Source of the DNA: an uncultured Bacilli bacterium
Lineage (GTDB): Bacteria; Bacillota_I; Bacilli_A; RF39; UBA660
Direction of reading: 5' to 3'
Assembly: GCA_910589375.1 (NCBI GenBank)
Contig: CAJUTK010000002.1
Span: forward strand, 195,133-259,132
DNA length: 64,000 nucleotides
Both the position numbers and the translations under genes were made by a program. Below, in pieces: positions 29,817-39,949 of the stretch. The first letter of the stretch is position 1. Each line of letters begins with the position of its first letter. The notes beneath the pieces are model-generated. The model searched no databases, had not been told where the DNA came from, and saw only the letters and a list, made by a program, of their open reading frames with translations.

Positions 29817-32018
29817 TTGTTGACAGGTATTATTGTTGATGTTAAAATGGCGTTAGGTGATACTGTGATAGCTGAAGTATTAGTAGAAGTAAAAGCAAAA
29901 CAAATTGATCAGACATTTACTTATCGTATTCCTCCACTTTTAGAAGAGAAAGTAATAGTAGGAAAACGTGTTTTAGTGCCATTTGGTCCTAGAATGGTTG
30001 AAGGATTTGTTTTAAAAACAGAAAAAAAAGAAGTGGATTTTTCGTTAAAGGATATTATTTCGGTAATAGATGAAGAAGCTATCTTAAACCCTGAATTGTT
30101 AGAACTGGGTAAGTATATTAGTAAGAAAACGATGTGCAATTTAATATCTGCTTATCAAACAATGTTACCAACTGCTTTAAAAGCAAAACATGGTAAGACA
30201 GTTTCTAAAAAAGAAGTGTGCTATCTTTCCTTAGTTCAAATGGATTATATTCCACAGAATAAAAAGCAGAAAGAATTAATGGACATTTTAAGTAATGGTG
30301 AAGTAGAAAAATCAGAGTTAAAAGATTATACATCTGCTATTCAAACTTTACTTAAAAAGAATATTATCAAGGAAGAAAAAAAGGAAAAGTATCGATTAGA
30401 ATACCATTTAAAAGAGGTATCTAAAAGGCCAAATTTAACGGAAGAACAAAAGAAAGTACTGGACGCAGTCTATTGTAAGTTAAATACTTTTGCACCTTTT
30501 TTATTACATGGAGTAACTGGTAGTGGAAAAACAGAAGTCTATATGAATTTAATAGAAAAAGTATTAGAGGATGGAAAGCAAGCTATTGTTCTAGTACCAG
30601 AGATTAGTTTGACTCCACAGCTAGTTCAAACCTTTCAAAGACGATTTGGGGATGCAATTGCTATTCTCCACTCTAGATTGAGTGCTGGAGAAAAATATGA
30701 TGAATGGAGAAAAATTGTAAGGGAAGAAGTATCTATTGCGATAGGTGCCAGAAGCGCTATATTTGCTCCTTTTAAAAATCTGGGAATGATTATAGTAGAC
30801 GAAGAGCATACTGCTACTTATAAACAAGAGAATAATCCTAAATATCATGCTATTGATGTAGCGCTTAAACGATCTAAATATCATAATTGCCCAATTGTAT
30901 TAGGGAGTGCAACTCCCTCATTAGAAAGCTATACAAGAGCTAAATTGGGTGTTTATCAATTACTTACTATGAAAAATAGAGTTTATCAAGCTATGCCAGA
31001 AGTGCAATTAGTAGATATGCGAGAAAGTTTAAAAAGAGGGTATCGTATATTTTCTAAGGAATTAAAGGATGCTTTAGAAATTTGTTTTGAAAAGGGAGAA
31101 CAGGCTATTTTACTTCTAAATAGAAGGGGATATTCAACTACTGTTGCTTGTCATGAATGCGGCTATAAAGTAATTTGTCCTAACTGTGAAATACCGCTAA
31201 CTTATCATAAAAAAAGTAATACTATGAAATGCCATTATTGTAATTTTACTACTTATAAACCACAAATATGCCCAGAATGCGGAAGCAAACAAATTGATCA
31301 GTTTGGAATGGGTACAGAAAAATTAGAGGAGGAGTTTAAGTCATTATTTCCAAATATTCCTACTATACGAATGGATATTGATACAACTACAAAAAAGGGA
31401 AGTCATGATAAAATGATTCAAGCTTTTGCTTCTAAAAAGTATCAAGTTTTGATTGGAACGCAGATGATTGCAAAAGGTCTAGATTTTGAAGATGTAACAT
31501 TAGTGGGGGTAATTAATGGAGATGCTAGTTTAAATATTCCTGATTTTAGGAGTGCTGAGAAAACTTATTCTTTACTTAGTCAAGTATCAGGAAGGGCTGG
31601 TAGAGCTCGTAAAAATGGGCTTGTTATTATTCAAGGGTTTAACTTAAATCATTATAGTATCGAGTGTGCCAAGACTCATAATTATGAAAAATTTTATGAA
31701 GAGGAAATGAAAGTAAGAAAAATGCTAGATTATCCACCGTATCAAAATTTAGCACTCATCAAAATTATTAGTAAAGATTACGAATTAGCTTCTCAAGAAA
31801 GTGAAAAGGTGTGTCATTATTTATCAAGCCATCTACTTAAGAGTGTAGCTATTTTAGGACCCACTGTGGCGCCTTTACCAAAGTATAATAGTTCTTATTA
31901 TTTTCAAATTTTGCTAAAATATAAAAATTCACAAGACGTTAGAAAAGAATTGGAATTTTTGATAGAAAAATATAAGAAAACAACAAAAATTTCAGTTGAT
32001 GTCGATTTATCAGTGTAA
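29817..32018 (+). CDS. priA: primosomal protein N' (PriA helicase)
   Basis: Walker A GVTGSGKTEVY. DEEH box (IIVDEEH). Cys4-Cys4 zinc-binding insert (CHECGYKVICPNC...CHYCNF...CPECGS). Probable TTG start. Confidence 0.88.
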   Translation: MLTGIIVDVKMALGDTVIAEVLVEVKAKQIDQTFTYRIPPLLEEKVIVGKRVLVPFGPRMVEGFVLKTEKKEVDFSLKDIISVIDEEAILNPELLELGKYISKKTMCNLISAYQTMLPTALKAKHGKTVSKKEVCYLSLVQMDYIPQNKKQKELMDILSNGEVEKSELKDYTSAIQTLLKKNIIKEEKKEKYRLEYHLKEVSKRPNLTEEQKKVLDAVYCKLNTFAPFLLHGVTGSGKTEVYMNLIEKVLEDGKQAIVLVPEISLTPQLVQTFQRRFGDAIAILHSRLSAGEKYDEWRKIVREEVSIAIGARSAIFAPFKNLGMIIVDEEHTATYKQENNPKYHAIDVALKRSKYHNCPIVLGSATPSLESYTRAKLGVYQLLTMKNRVYQAMPEVQLVDMRESLKRGYRIFSKELKDALEICFEKGEQAILLLNRRGYSTTVACHECGYKVICPNCEIPLTYHKKSNTMKCHYCNFTTYKPQICPECGSKQIDQFGMGTEKLEEEFKSLFPNIPTIRMDIDTTTKKGSHDKMIQAFASKKYQVLIGTQMIAKGLDFEDVTLVGVINGDASLNIPDFRSAEKTYSLLSQVSGRAGRARKNGLVIIQGFNLNHYSIECAKTHNYEKFYEEEMKVRKMLDYPPYQNLALIKIISKDYELASQESEKVCHYLSSHLLKSVAILGPTVAPLPKYNSSYYFQILLKYKNSQDVRKELEFLIEKYKKTTKISVDVDLSV

Positions 32019-32099
32019 AAATGCTAAAAAAACTATTTTTTTGAAAAATATTATGATATAATGTAGGAGATATAACATAAAAGATAAAGAGGTTTTAAT

Positions 32100-32510
32100 A
32101 TGAATTTAAATGAAAGATTGGTAGTGCCACGTGAAAAGCCAAGAGTATTAGACTTCCAAGAAGAAATAGAAACTCTTGAGCCAGTGGCAGAAAAAAGTGC
32201 TGATATGGAATTAGATTTATTACGTAGAGAACGTAAAAAATATGAAATTGAAAAAAGCCTCGCTTATGATAGACTCAATCTAGAAAAAGAAATATTAAAG
32301 CAAGATAGAGAGCATTTTAATCGTATGCGTAGACAGTATGAGAAACAGCGAAGATTAGATGAGGAGACTTTCCAAGAGGCAAAATTAGAATTTGAGAAGT
32401 ACAAGGAATTAGAAAAACAAAGAATGCAGTTAGAAACGAGAGAAATTTTAAATAACTGTTTGAACTTTAAAGAATTTTTAGATGACTATCGTACTAATTC
32501 CGATAAATGA
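32100..32510 (+). CDS. coiled-coil hypothetical protein
   Basis: 136 aa, E/K/R-rich heptads. C-terminal motif shared with the next gene. Confidence 0.5.
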   Translation: MNLNERLVVPREKPRVLDFQEEIETLEPVAEKSADMELDLLRRERKKYEIEKSLAYDRLNLEKEILKQDREHFNRMRRQYEKQRRLDEETFQEAKLEFEKYKELEKQRMQLETREILNNCLNFKEFLDDYRTNSDK

Positions 32511-32518
32511 GGTGAATT

Positions 32519-33571
32519 ATGGATACAAGAACAACAGAGACTGATGAAATTTTAAACGAACTAACAAGTATTGAATTTGATGATGATGACGCTTTAACTT
32601 TATTAGATGATGAGGAAGCTTCTCCTTCTTCTAAAAGTTTAATAGAAGACGCTGACTTAGCTTCTTTCTATTCTGATAGTGTAGAAACTTTAAGAGAAAA
32701 AACACCAAAAGAGGAAGTACATGTAGAAAAGGTAGAAGCAAAACCAGTTGTTAAAAAGGAAGAACCTAAGGTAGAAGCAAAACCAGTACCACCATCTATA
32801 GATAAGTATCAAGGAACTATGGAAAGTAGGGCTAGTTTAGATGCATACTTAAGTGGGGCGCTAGATAGTAAAAAGGATGAAGTAAAGGTGGAGAAGGTAG
32901 TAACTCCTCCTACTAAAAGTGTAGAGGCACCAAAAGAAGAGACTAAAGTAGAGCCTATTGAACCACCAAAATTAGTGCCATCTACTATTGCTAGTAAAAA
33001 AGAAGAACAAGTAAATATTGATAGTTTAAATCAATTGTTTGAGAAAGTTTCAAGTAATGTTCGTGGAGCTTCTGATATTGTTAATAAGAATGCTGAGATT
33101 AAGAAAAAAATTGATGAAAAGTTCCAAGAGTTAAAAAGGTTACAAGAGGAACATGAACAAAATAAGAAAAGTGATTATGCTGAAATCAATGCTTATAAAG
33201 ATGAAGTATATGCTAAATTAAAAGAAAAAAAATCAGAAGTAGAAGAGCAAATGGCTATTTTAAGTCAATCTCAGGCTGCATTTGAGAAGGAAAAGAAAGA
33301 CTTTGAAAAAGATAAAGAAGCAGCTTTAGCAATGATTTCAAAAAGAGAACAAGATTTGGACAAGTCTTATCATGAAAGGTTACAAGGAATATCTCAAATT
33401 GAGGAAGGCTTAGTTAAAAGAAAAGAACAGTTGGATGTTGAAAGAGCAAATATTCAACAAGAGAGAATCCAATGTGATAAAGAGAAGAAAGAATTGGCAG
33501 ACAACTTATTGAAGTTTAATCAACTAGTAGATGATTTTACGAGAGGTGTAGACCGTTTTAGTGAAAATTAA
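32519..33571 (+). CDS. coiled-coil hypothetical protein with an acidic N-terminus and a K/E/P/V repeat linker
   Basis: 350 aa. Its C-terminal coiled coil is paralogous to the 32100 product (...FNQLVDDFTRGVDRFSEN versus ...FKEFLDDYRTNSDK). Terminator at 33576-33600. Confidence 0.5.
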   Translation: MDTRTTETDEILNELTSIEFDDDDALTLLDDEEASPSSKSLIEDADLASFYSDSVETLREKTPKEEVHVEKVEAKPVVKKEEPKVEAKPVPPSIDKYQGTMESRASLDAYLSGALDSKKDEVKVEKVVTPPTKSVEAPKEETKVEPIEPPKLVPSTIASKKEEQVNIDSLNQLFEKVSSNVRGASDIVNKNAEIKKKIDEKFQELKRLQEEHEQNKKSDYAEINAYKDEVYAKLKEKKSEVEEQMAILSQSQAAFEKEKKDFEKDKEAALAMISKREQDLDKSYHERLQGISQIEEGLVKRKEQLDVERANIQQERIQCDKEKKELADNLLKFNQLVDDFTRGVDRFSEN

Positions 33572-33642
33572 AGTATCGTTTAACGATGCTTTTTTCTTGC
33601 TTTTTGTTTGTTATTTTAGTTATAATAGGACTAGGTGGTAGT

Positions 33643-34791
33643 ATGGCAATTTTAGGAATCGCAACTGGAAAGTGTAATGATGAAATTGTAAAAATATTAG
33701 ATGGCGAAGTTTGGAAAATTGATAAATATACAATGGCCTTTGCAGACTCTTATGAATTACGTGCATTTAATGCAGCTTCTTTTGCAAAATTCCAATCTCT
33801 TTATCCGTATGCGAAAAATGGCAGTGTCAGACTTTTTTTAAATGGAACAGATAAGGAATGGTTTGTATTTTATAAAAAGCATAGACATGCTTTTGAGAAA
33901 ATTATACTTGACCATGAATTTATAGAGTATTATGCAGAAATGGGAAGTAAATATTTTTCTAGAAAAGATGTAGATATCATTGATCATTATCCACATCGAA
34001 TTTCTGTATATATGAAACAATTTTGTCAAGCTCTGATAGATAAAGATTTAAAACAAACTGGACAACCAAATGGCGGAGCGTTATACTATGGTTTTATGAG
34101 AGATATTCTCTATAAGTATTTAAACTACAGTAGACAAAATAAAAATGCAAAAACGATTGATCAATTGAGTGCTGAATATTTTAGTGAGCAAATATCTATT
34201 CAAATTGCTTGTTTAAATACTCCTCCTTCTAATGATACCCCCGTTATGGATAGGGGAAAGGAACTTGATCCTGACTATGAAATGTTTTATAGTATGGATA
34301 CTTTAGAAACGAGATATGATAAGTTAAAAGGATTTCTTGGTAATCCTAATTTTGATAGATATTATGGTGATATTTTCAAAGATAGCTATTTGTTTATACT
34401 TGGAAATAAAGCCGAAGATTATTGGCAGCAGGAAGTCTATCAAAAGTGGTATGAGTATGGAACAAATGGTTTTGATGGGACTGTTATTTGTCCCGCAATT
34501 TTTAAGAATTCTGGATATGTAGATAGATTTGATGCAGCTAGTATTGTATTCTTCTGTGTCTTTGATACCAATCCAGAAGTGGAAAGAATGATTTCTTTAG
34601 CTCTCTTAAATCAGTCAGAAGTAATAATTCACTTATATGATTCTACTTTATATCCTAAATATATAAAAAAATATCCAAAAGCTACTATTGTATTACAAGG
34701 AGTTCAAGAGGAAGATAGTTTACTAGATGCAACAGATGATTTCATGATATCTTGTTATAATAGAGTAAAAGAAAAAAGGTATCAAAAATGA
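33643..34791 (+). CDS. hypothetical protein
   Basis: ATG at 33643 with AGGTGG RBS and an upstream TATAAT. The alternative ATG at 33586 lies inside the preceding terminator hairpin. W/Y-rich. Confidence 0.5.
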   Translation: MAILGIATGKCNDEIVKILDGEVWKIDKYTMAFADSYELRAFNAASFAKFQSLYPYAKNGSVRLFLNGTDKEWFVFYKKHRHAFEKIILDHEFIEYYAEMGSKYFSRKDVDIIDHYPHRISVYMKQFCQALIDKDLKQTGQPNGGALYYGFMRDILYKYLNYSRQNKNAKTIDQLSAEYFSEQISIQIACLNTPPSNDTPVMDRGKELDPDYEMFYSMDTLETRYDKLKGFLGNPNFDRYYGDIFKDSYLFILGNKAEDYWQQEVYQKWYEYGTNGFDGTVICPAIFKNSGYVDRFDAASIVFFCVFDTNPEVERMISLALLNQSEVIIHLYDSTLYPKYIKKYPKATIVLQGVQEEDSLLDATDDFMISCYNRVKEKRYQK

Positions 34792-35669
34792 AAGAGATTA
34801 TAATAGATTTTTTAGAAGTATTAGAGTTTGAAAAGAAATATTCTAATTATACCATCTTAAACTATCGTAATGATTTGGAAGATTTTCTAATTTTTATAGA
34901 GTCTAAAAAAGTTCCTATAAAAAAAATAGATTATGGAACTATTCGGTCATATCTAAACGTATTATACGATAAAAAATATTCTAATAAGACAATAGCACGA
35001 CATATTAGTACACTTAGAAGCTTTTTTAAATATTTAAAAAAGAAAAATATAATAGATATGAATCCTATGACATTAGTTTCTAATCCTAAGTTGGAAAAGA
35101 AACTTCCTAAGGTTATTTCGTATAGCGATTTAGAAGCTATTTTAAATGCATTAGATGATGGAACTGTTTTAGGAAATAGAAATACTCTTATTCTAGAGTT
35201 ATTATACGCAACGGGTATACGTGTTTCTGAATTAGTAAATATACAACTTAAAGATATTGATTTCAAAAAAAGAGAAATTAGAATTTTAGGAAAAGGAAAT
35301 AAAGAAAGAATTGTTTTATATGGTAGTAGGTGTGAAAAATTATTAGATATTTATAAGAGTGATAGTTTTCCTGAATTGAATAAAAAGTTATTAGATTATT
35401 TACTTTTAGGAGTAAGAGGAAACAAGATTAATGAACGACAAGTTCGTACAATTGTAGATGAGGCCGTTACAGTAGCAGGGACAAAATTGCATATTTCTCC
35501 CCATGTTTTAAGACATACTTTTGCAACTCATATGTTAAATGGGGGAGCAGATTTAAGAAGTGTTCAGCAATTACTTGGGCATGAGTCTTTAAGTACTACA
35601 ACAATTTATACTCATGTTTCTAATGAGCGGCTTAGAAATGTTTATTTGCATACTCATCCACGTGCTTAG
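34788..35669 (+). CDS. xerD: tyrosine recombinase XerC/XerD family
   Basis: C-terminal catalytic region HVLRHTFATHMLNGGADLRSVQQLLGHESLSTTTIYTHV (R..HxxR..Y). About 293 aa. Confidence 0.8.
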   Translation: MKEIIIDFLEVLEFEKKYSNYTILNYRNDLEDFLIFIESKKVPIKKIDYGTIRSYLNVLYDKKYSNKTIARHISTLRSFFKYLKKKNIIDMNPMTLVSNPKLEKKLPKVISYSDLEAILNALDDGTVLGNRNTLILELLYATGIRVSELVNIQLKDIDFKKREIRILGKGNKERIVLYGSRCEKLLDIYKSDSFPELNKKLLDYLLLGVRGNKINERQVRTIVDEAVTVAGTKLHISPHVLRHTFATHMLNGGADLRSVQQLLGHESLSTTTIYTHVSNERLRNVYLHTHPRA

Positions 35670-35679
35670 GGGGAATTAT

Positions 35680-36195
35680 ATGTATAGCGATGATATCAAA
35701 GATTTGAAAAGACAAAAAAGGGAGGCTAATCAAAATATTCTTTTTTCCTTTATTCGAATTTATATTAGTCTTAGGACTGGTTTTCCTGGATTAATAAAGG
35801 AAAGAGATGATTTAGTAAATATGGTAAGTAGATATTTTGAATCAGATAGAAACGAATCAGACGTTTTACGCTTGATAAATAAGTGTTATGGTAATAGAGA
35901 TGATCATGAAGGAGTAGATGAATTATTGGAAGAATTTGATGATATGTTTGAACAGTTATATGATCATTGTGAGAAAACATTTCTAGATTATGAAGACTTT
36001 CTAGAAGATTATGGTGATTTCCTAGATTTATTATTCCGTAGAATTCAAAATGGCGGAACAGATGATACAGAAAGTTATAGGCGATACAAATTGGTACATA
36101 GACCAATAGATTTTCCAACATTCGATCAGCAATATAAAAAGAAAATGTTAGAGAAAGTTGCTCATTTACCAGAACCAGTTGAGGTGGATTTTTAA
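35680..36195 (+). CDS. acidic hypothetical protein
   Basis: ATG at 35680 after AGGGGGA. 171 aa. Ends at the tdk start. Confidence 0.45.
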   Translation: MYSDDIKDLKRQKREANQNILFSFIRIYISLRTGFPGLIKERDDLVNMVSRYFESDRNESDVLRLINKCYGNRDDHEGVDELLEEFDDMFEQLYDHCEKTFLDYEDFLEDYGDFLDLLFRRIQNGGTDDTESYRRYKLVHRPIDFPTFDQQYKKKMLEKVAHLPEPVEVDF

Positions 36196-36776
36196 TGGCA
36201 AAGTTTTATTTTCGTTATGGTGCAATGGACTGTGGAAAAACAACAGCACTTTTACAAGTAGCTCATAATTATGAAGAAAAGGGAATGAGAGTAATTATTG
36301 TGAAGCCATCTATTGATACTAAGGGAGGAAAATGTATTGTCTCTAGATTAGGAATTAAAAGAAAAGTAGATGTTTGGTTAAGACCTAAAGATCATGTTAG
36401 AAATTTAATTGATTTAAAAAACACAGATTGTATTTTAGTAGATGAAGCACAGTTTTTAAAACCGGATCAAGTACAAGACTTTTGGTTGATTGCAAAACTT
36501 TATAATATTCCTGTTATCTGTTATGGACTTAGGACAACCTTCCAAACAAAGTTGTTTGAGGGGAGTAAACCAATTATGGAATTAGCTGATGAATTAGAGG
36601 AATTAATTACTATCTGTAAGTGTGGTTCAAGAGCTAAATTTCAAGCTAGAAAAGTGAACGGTAACTATGTAACAGAAGGCGGAGAAGTAGCGATTGATGG
36701 AGAAAACTCTGTTACTTATGAATCTTTATGTGGAAAGTGTTACATTGAGGAAGTTTTGGGAATCCATGAACTTTAA
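36195..36776 (+). CDS. tdk: thymidine kinase
   Basis: P-loop YGAMDCGKTT. C-terminal zinc ribbon (CKCGSRA...CGKCY). 193 aa. Confidence 0.9.
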   Translation: MAKFYFRYGAMDCGKTTALLQVAHNYEEKGMRVIIVKPSIDTKGGKCIVSRLGIKRKVDVWLRPKDHVRNLIDLKNTDCILVDEAQFLKPDQVQDFWLIAKLYNIPVICYGLRTTFQTKLFEGSKPIMELADELEELITICKCGSRAKFQARKVNGNYVTEGGEVAIDGENSVTYESLCGKCYIEEVLGIHEL

Positions 36777-36873
36777 AATAAAAGTGTCAAAAAGAGGAAA
36801 AAAGTGGAAATTTTCTCTTTTTTTCTTGCTTGGATTACGCCTTAATGTTATAATAGACGGTGTTAGGAGGAAT

Positions 36874-39507
36874 ATGATGACAAAATATGTTTATTTGTTT
36901 ACCGAAGGTAATGCTGATATGAGAAACCTTCTTGGTGGTAAAGGTGCTAACTTAGCAGAAATGACAAATATTGGTCTACCAGTACCACAAGGTTTTACTA
37001 TCACAACTGAAGCATGTACTCAATATTATGAAGATGGTAGAGAAATTAATGATGAAATCCAATCTCAAATTAATGAGTATATCGGTAAGATGGAAAGTAT
37101 TACTGGAAAGAAGTTTGGAGATAAAGAAAATCCATTACTTGTTTCTGTAAGATCAGGAGCAAGAGCTTCTATGCCAGGTATGATGGATACTATTCTTAAT
37201 TTAGGTCTAAATGAAGAAGTAGTAAACGTTCTAGCTGAAAAATCAGGAAATGCTAGATGGGCTTGGGATTGCTACAGAAGATTTATTCAAATGTATTCTG
37301 ACGTAGTAATGGAAGTTGGAAAAAAATATTTTGAAGAGTTAATCGACAAAATGAAAGAAGCTAAAGGAGTTACACAAGACGTTGAACTTAACGCTGATGA
37401 CTTAAAAGAATTAGCAAACCAATTTAAGGCTGAATATAAAGAAAAAATTGGTGAAGACTTCCCAAGTGATCCAAAAGAACAATTAATGGGAGCTATCAAA
37501 GCTGTATTCCGTTCTTGGGATAATCCACGTGCTAATATCTATAGAAGAGATAACGACATTCCTTATTCTTGGGGAACTGCTGTTAACGTTCAATCTATGG
37601 CATTTGGTAACATGGGTGATGACTGTGGTACTGGTGTTGCATTTACTCGTGACCCAGCAACAGGAGCAAAAGGTTTATTTGGTGAATTCTTAACAAATGC
37701 ACAAGGAGAAGACGTAGTTGCAGGTGTTCGTACACCAATGCATATTACTGAAATGGAAACAAAATTCCCAGAAGCATTTAAAGAATTTAAGACTGTTTGT
37801 GAAACGTTAGAATCTCACTATAGAGATATGCAAGATATGGAATTTACTGTTGAACATGGTAAACTTTATATGTTACAAACAAGAAATGGTAAAAGAACAG
37901 CTCAAGCTGCTTTAAAAATTGCTTGTGATTTAGTAGATGAGGGAATGCGTACTGAAGAAGAAGCAGTACTTATGATTGATCCAAGAAACTTAGATACATT
38001 ATTACACCCTCAATTTGATGCTGCTGCATTAAAAGCTGCTAAACCAATCGGAAAAGGATTAGGAGCTAGTCCTGGTGCTGCTTGCGGTAAAGTTGTATTT
38101 ACTGCTGAAGAAGCTGAAAAACAAGGATTAGGTGGAGCAGGAGAAAAAGTTATTTTAGTTAGACTTGAAACTTCACCAGAAGATATCGGTGGTATGAAAG
38201 CTGCTCAAGGTATCTTAACAGTTCGTGGTGGAATGACATCACATGCTGCCGTAGTTGCTCGTGGTATGGGTTCTTGCTGTGTATCTGGATGTGGAGAAAT
38301 TGCCATGAACGAAGCTAAGAAAGAATTTACTTTAGCTGGAAAAACATATCATGAAGGAGATGTAATCTCTATTGATGGTACTACTGGTAATATCTATGAT
38401 GGAGCTATTCCTACTGTAGATGCTTCTATCGCTGGAGAATTTGGACGTGTTATGGCATGGGCTGACAAATATAGAAAATTAGGCGTTAGAACAAATGCTG
38501 ATAACCCAACAGATACTAAAAAAGCTATTGAATTAGGTGCTGAAGGTATTGGTCTTTGCCGTACAGAGCACATGTTCTTTGAAGAGGAAAGAATTCCTGC
38601 TATTAGAAAGATGATTTTAGCAGATACTGTAGAAGAAAGAGAAAAAGCATTAGATGCATTAATTCCATTCCAAAAAGGTGACTTTAAGGCAATGTATAAG
38701 GAATTAAAAGGTCTACCAATGACAGTTCGTTACTTAGACCCACCTCTACATGAATTCTTACCAAAAGAAGAAAAAGATATTGAAGCTTTAGCTAGTGAAA
38801 TGGGAGTTACTGTTGAACAACTAAAGCAAAAATGTGATGATTTACATGAGTTTAACCCAATGATGGGACATAGAGGTTGTCGTTTAGCAGTTACTTATCC
38901 AGAAATTGCTAAGATGCAAACAAGAGCGCTTATGGAAGCTGCTATTGAAGTAAAAGCAGAAGAAGGATACGATATCGTTCCTGAAATCATGATTCCATTA
39001 GTTGGAGAAGTAAAAGAACTTAAATATGTTAAAGATGTAGTAGTTGCTACTGCTGAAGAAGTTAAGAAAGAAAAGAATTCTGATATGGAATACCATATTG
39101 GTACTATGATTGAAATTCCAAGAGCTGCTTTAACAGCTGATGAAATTGCTAAAGAAGCTGAATTCTTCTCATTTGGAACAAATGACTTAACTCAAATGAC
39201 ATTTGGTTTCTCAAGAGATGATGCTGGTAAGTTCTTAAAATCTTACTATGAAACTAAGATTTATGAGCAAGATCCATTCGCAAGAATCGATCAAACTGGT
39301 GTAGGTTCTTTAGTTAAACTTGCAGTTGAAAAAGGTAAATCTACAAGACCAAATATTAAGCTTGGTATTTGTGGAGAGCATGGTGGAGATCCATCAAGTG
39401 TTGAATTCTGTCATAATATAGGATTAACATATGTTTCTTGTTCACCATTTAGAGTACCAATTGCACGTTTAGCTGCTGCTCAAGCTGCTATTAAAGAAAA
39501 TATGTAG
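36874..39507 (+). CDS. ppdK: pyruvate, phosphate dikinase
   Basis: N-terminus MMTKYVYLFTEGNADMRNLLGGKGANLAEM. Phospho-His motif GGMTSHAAVVARG. PEP-utilising C-terminal TIM barrel. AGGAGG RBS. Bidirectional hairpin terminator at 39508-39540. Confidence 0.95.
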   Translation: MMTKYVYLFTEGNADMRNLLGGKGANLAEMTNIGLPVPQGFTITTEACTQYYEDGREINDEIQSQINEYIGKMESITGKKFGDKENPLLVSVRSGARASMPGMMDTILNLGLNEEVVNVLAEKSGNARWAWDCYRRFIQMYSDVVMEVGKKYFEELIDKMKEAKGVTQDVELNADDLKELANQFKAEYKEKIGEDFPSDPKEQLMGAIKAVFRSWDNPRANIYRRDNDIPYSWGTAVNVQSMAFGNMGDDCGTGVAFTRDPATGAKGLFGEFLTNAQGEDVVAGVRTPMHITEMETKFPEAFKEFKTVCETLESHYRDMQDMEFTVEHGKLYMLQTRNGKRTAQAALKIACDLVDEGMRTEEEAVLMIDPRNLDTLLHPQFDAAALKAAKPIGKGLGASPGAACGKVVFTAEEAEKQGLGGAGEKVILVRLETSPEDIGGMKAAQGILTVRGGMTSHAAVVARGMGSCCVSGCGEIAMNEAKKEFTLAGKTYHEGDVISIDGTTGNIYDGAIPTVDASIAGEFGRVMAWADKYRKLGVRTNADNPTDTKKAIELGAEGIGLCRTEHMFFEEERIPAIRKMILADTVEEREKALDALIPFQKGDFKAMYKELKGLPMTVRYLDPPLHEFLPKEEKDIEALASEMGVTVEQLKQKCDDLHEFNPMMGHRGCRLAVTYPEIAKMQTRALMEAAIEVKAEEGYDIVPEIMIPLVGEVKELKYVKDVVVATAEEVKKEKNSDMEYHIGTMIEIPRAALTADEIAKEAEFFSFGTNDLTQMTFGFSRDDAGKFLKSYYETKIYEQDPFARIDQTGVGSLVKLAVEKGKSTRPNIKLGICGEHGGDPSSVEFCHNIGLTYVSCSPFRVPIARLAAAQAAIKENM

Positions 39508-39535
39508 TAAAAAGAATGGTTAAACCATTCTTTTT

Positions 39536-39946
39536 TTATTTGTCTGATAAAGAAATAAATTTTCTTTTTAAATATAATCCTTTTTGAAATTGGTAACTTT
39601 CATCCATTTGGGGAATAGCATCATAGATTTCATTTAGACGGTGGGCATCACTTCCTATCGTAACTTTATTACCTCCACATTCTTTATATAGTTCCAATTT
39701 GCTTTTAGAAGGAAAGGAATCGAGGTGTGACCTTCTAACAGCAGAAGAATTAATTTCTAAAGCAATATCTTTTTTTACAAGAACTGTAAAAATTTCTTTT
39801 AGAATATCCTCTGTAATAGGGGAATCATCCAGTTTTCTTCTTAAATAATCTAAATGGCCAAGGGAATCAAAACCACCTTGAGTTACCATTTGAAGAATTC
39901 TTTTATAGTATTTTAATAGTTCTATTTTACTGGAATCTTTAGGCAT
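39536..39946 (-). pseudogene. 5'-truncated PHP-family phosphoesterase (C-terminal half only: GHLDYL, GSDAH motifs)
   Basis: Only the C-terminal PHP motifs are present and the N-terminal HxH metal-binding motifs are absent. Its reading frame ends 3 bp from the divergent LysR start. Confidence 0.5.
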
Positions 39947-39949
39947 GAT

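Noticed and set aside
33586-33642. ATG at 33586 as start of the 401 aa ORF (would give an N-terminal TM/signal anchor)
   Set aside because: That ATG lies inside the ATCGTTTAACGAT hairpin and T-run terminator of the upstream gene. A TATAAT and AGGTGG RBS precede the ATG at 33643, which is the more plausible start.
36694-36873. Long N-terminal extension of the ppdK ORF in the ORF track (start at 36694 overlapping tdk)
   Set aside because: The PPDK homologous N-terminus (MMTKYVYLFTEGN...) begins at 36874 with an AGGAGG RBS and a TATAAT promoter at 36851. The upstream part overlaps tdk in another frame and has no homology.
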